Assembly: GCA_020632335.1 (NCBI GenBank)
Contig: JACKFV010000001.1
Location: 390,001 to 422,000 of the forward strand
Source of the DNA: Candidatus Saccharimonadota bacterium
Lineage (GTDB): Bacteria > Patescibacteriota > Gracilibacteria > UBA4473
DNA: 32,000 bases
Direction: 5' to 3'
Both the position numbers and the translations under genes were made by a program. The notes below the pieces were generated by a model. That model saw only the letters and a list, made by a program, of their open reading frames with translations. It was not told the DNA's origin and searched no databases. Below, piece by piece: positions 21,301-24,300 of the stretch; the stretch's first letter is position 1, and the number at the start of each line of letters is the position of its first letter.

Positions 21301-24300
21301 AGTGGTGACCGATGACTACGGCGTGCTGCCCAGCGGCTGGACGAGCACCCACACTAGCGGCCTGAGCAGCCAGTACATGGGGCCAGATAACCTCAGCAAA
21401 GACCCTACGGGCTACAGCATGGTCATCACTACCAATGGGCAGGTGAACCTGACCGGGGACTTTGGCTACTACGGTGATGGCTCGAACCCCGTCTACGGCA
21501 GCATCGGCGACTACGTCTGGCTGGACCTCAACGGCGATTGCATACAAGACGCGGGCGAGGCAGGCATCGCGGGGGTGGAGGTAACGCTGGTCACCAGTAG
21601 CGGGGCCACCTACACCACGCTGACCGACAGCAGCGGCCTGTACCTCTTCAGCGGCCTACCAGCAGACACCTACACCGTGCTGATAGACGGCAGCAGTAGC
21701 CCGAACCAGAGCTCGCTCAGCGGGCTGCAGAGCACCTATGAGAGCAGCTGTACCCAGGCGCAGGACCCCTCTGGCAGCAGTACGAGCATCAATGGGAATA
21801 GCGTTCTGAGCGTTGACTTCCCCTACAACCAGACAGGCGGCCCGGTGGATAGCTGCAGCGCGGCCACCTACACGGGGGTCATCGGTGATACGGTCTTCTA
21901 CGACGCTGATGGCGACGGCCAGTACGACGAATCTGGCCCAGACTATGGCCTGGGAGGCGTGCCGGTGGTGCTCTATGCGAGTGATGGCGTGACGGTAGTG
22001 GTCACAACCACCACCACCGCCAGCGGAGCGTATAGCTTCCTCGTCACCAGCCCGGGGACCTACACCGTGGCTCTGGGGACGCTCCCGGCATTCTATAGCG
22101 GACTGGTGAGTACCCACACCACGGCCACCCATGGCGCGCCACACAGTGACGGCAACCCAGACCTAGCGCGCGACCCTGCGGGGTATAGCGTGACGCTGAG
22201 CGCCAGCCCCAGCTGTGACCAGACTGACCGCTCAGCGGACTTTGGCCTGGCGGCGGCGGTGGTACCACCAAACCCCTTCATCGGGGAGATCGGCAATGCG
22301 GTGTGGTATGACGACGACCGCGACGGCGTGTGGGATACCGGTGAAGCGCTCATCCCTAACGTGCTGATTATCGTCTATGATAGTAATGACGTGCCCGTGT
22401 GTGAGACCCTCACCACCAGTACCCCCAACGCCACGGGCGGCAACTGGCTCTGCACTGGGCTAGACGTGAATGAGACCTTCACCGTGGTGGTGGCTGATGA
22501 TACCACCCACCCCATGAGCCAGCACGTACTGGCGGGGATGACCCACAGCCTGGGCGTACAGAACCTGCCCGGCAGCAGCTATAGCACCGATAATAACAGC
22601 CAGAACGACAGCGGCTACATCGTGGATGTCCTCAGCCAGAGTACCCCTACCAACTACACCGCGGACTTTGGCTACTACGACGAGGACACCCCACCGGGCA
22701 CACCGCTGTGTAGCTTCGGGGATCAGTTCTTCCTGGATATGGACGACAATGATCTCTTCAGCACGGGGGAGGAGAGTTCTCTCTTCGACAACGTCACGGT
22801 GTCGCTCTATGCCGATGATAACGTGGACGGCATTGCCGACACGGGTACAGCGGTGTTGAGCATCACCCCAGACGCTACGGGCAGCTATAGCTTTGCTCCG
22901 GTGGTGTGTGGGCACTACGTGGTGGTGGTGATGGATATGAGCACCCTCCCCACGGGCCTGACCCCCACCAGCACCGGCGGCAACGGCACCGCGGCGGCGC
23001 CCAATGACGACAACAGCGACGGCATTAGTAAGGACCCCACCGCAGCGTATCCGGTATTCCTGGACCCTGCGGGAGACACCGCTCAGGTACACGGCGACTT
23101 TGGCTTTATCGTCGAGAATACCGCGTGTATGGGCAGCGTGGGCGACTATATCTTTGAGGAATCCGACACGGATGGTGACCAGAGCACCGCACTGGTAGGG
23201 CCGGTGGAAGGCGTGACGATCACCCTGACCGATAGCATCACCGGGCAGGTCTACACCACCACCAGCGACGCCAGCGGGGCGTATAGCTTCTCACCAGTGC
23301 CGTGTAGCGACTACACCGTCACGGTGGCCAATAGCACTGACCCGGTGCTGCTTGGCAATCAGCTGGTGCCCACCAATGGCACCACGCAGACTAGCAACGG
23401 GTATAGCGTCACCATCACCAATGGCGTGGTGGTAGATACGGCGGACTTCAGCTATCAGCAAGACCCGACCATACCCCCCACACCAACGCTCATCACCATC
23501 GGGGACTTCACCTGGGAGGATAGCAATGGCGACGGCATCCAAGACTCTGGCGAGCCTCCCCTCAGCGGCATAGATCTCTGCCTGCACGTGGACCTCAACG
23601 GTAATGGCAACCCCTATGACGACACGCCCATCAGCACCACCACCAGCAACAGTAGCGGGCTCTATAGCTTCACGAGCTTGCCCGCTGGGGTGGACTACCA
23701 TGTGGCGGTATGCGGCTACCCGCTGACGCACGTGCCCACCACCCCCACGCAGCTGCAGGGCCCCATAGATGACCCCGTGAGCGATAACAGCTATAACTTT
23801 GGCTTCCAGCCGCTGGTGCTGCCACCGCCACCCACTACACCTCTGGGGAGCATCGAGGCGACGGTATTCTATGACGAAAACGGCGACGGCACCCTGAATG
23901 GCGCTGACACGGGCATCGCGGGAGTGACGGTATGGCTGGTGCGTGACCTGAATGGTGACGGCACCTATGACCCGGCTAGCGAGACCGTGGCCACCACACT
24001 GACCAATAGTAGCGGCATCTATGCCTTTACGCAGCTGCCGGTGGTGGACAGCACGGGCAACCCCGTGACCTACCAGGTGGTCGTAGACGCCAGTAATCCG
24101 CTCTCACCGCTCAGCAATATGCTGCCGACGGTCACTGTGGCGGACACCCCCGGCCCAGACGAGAACGAGACCACCACGCATACTGAGCTCGTGACGCTGA
24201 GCCCCAGCGCGCCGGATAACACCGAGGTGGACTTCGGGTATGTGCTCGACCCTCTGGCGCCTGTGGTGGGGACCATCGGCTACCACGTGTGGTGCGAGTG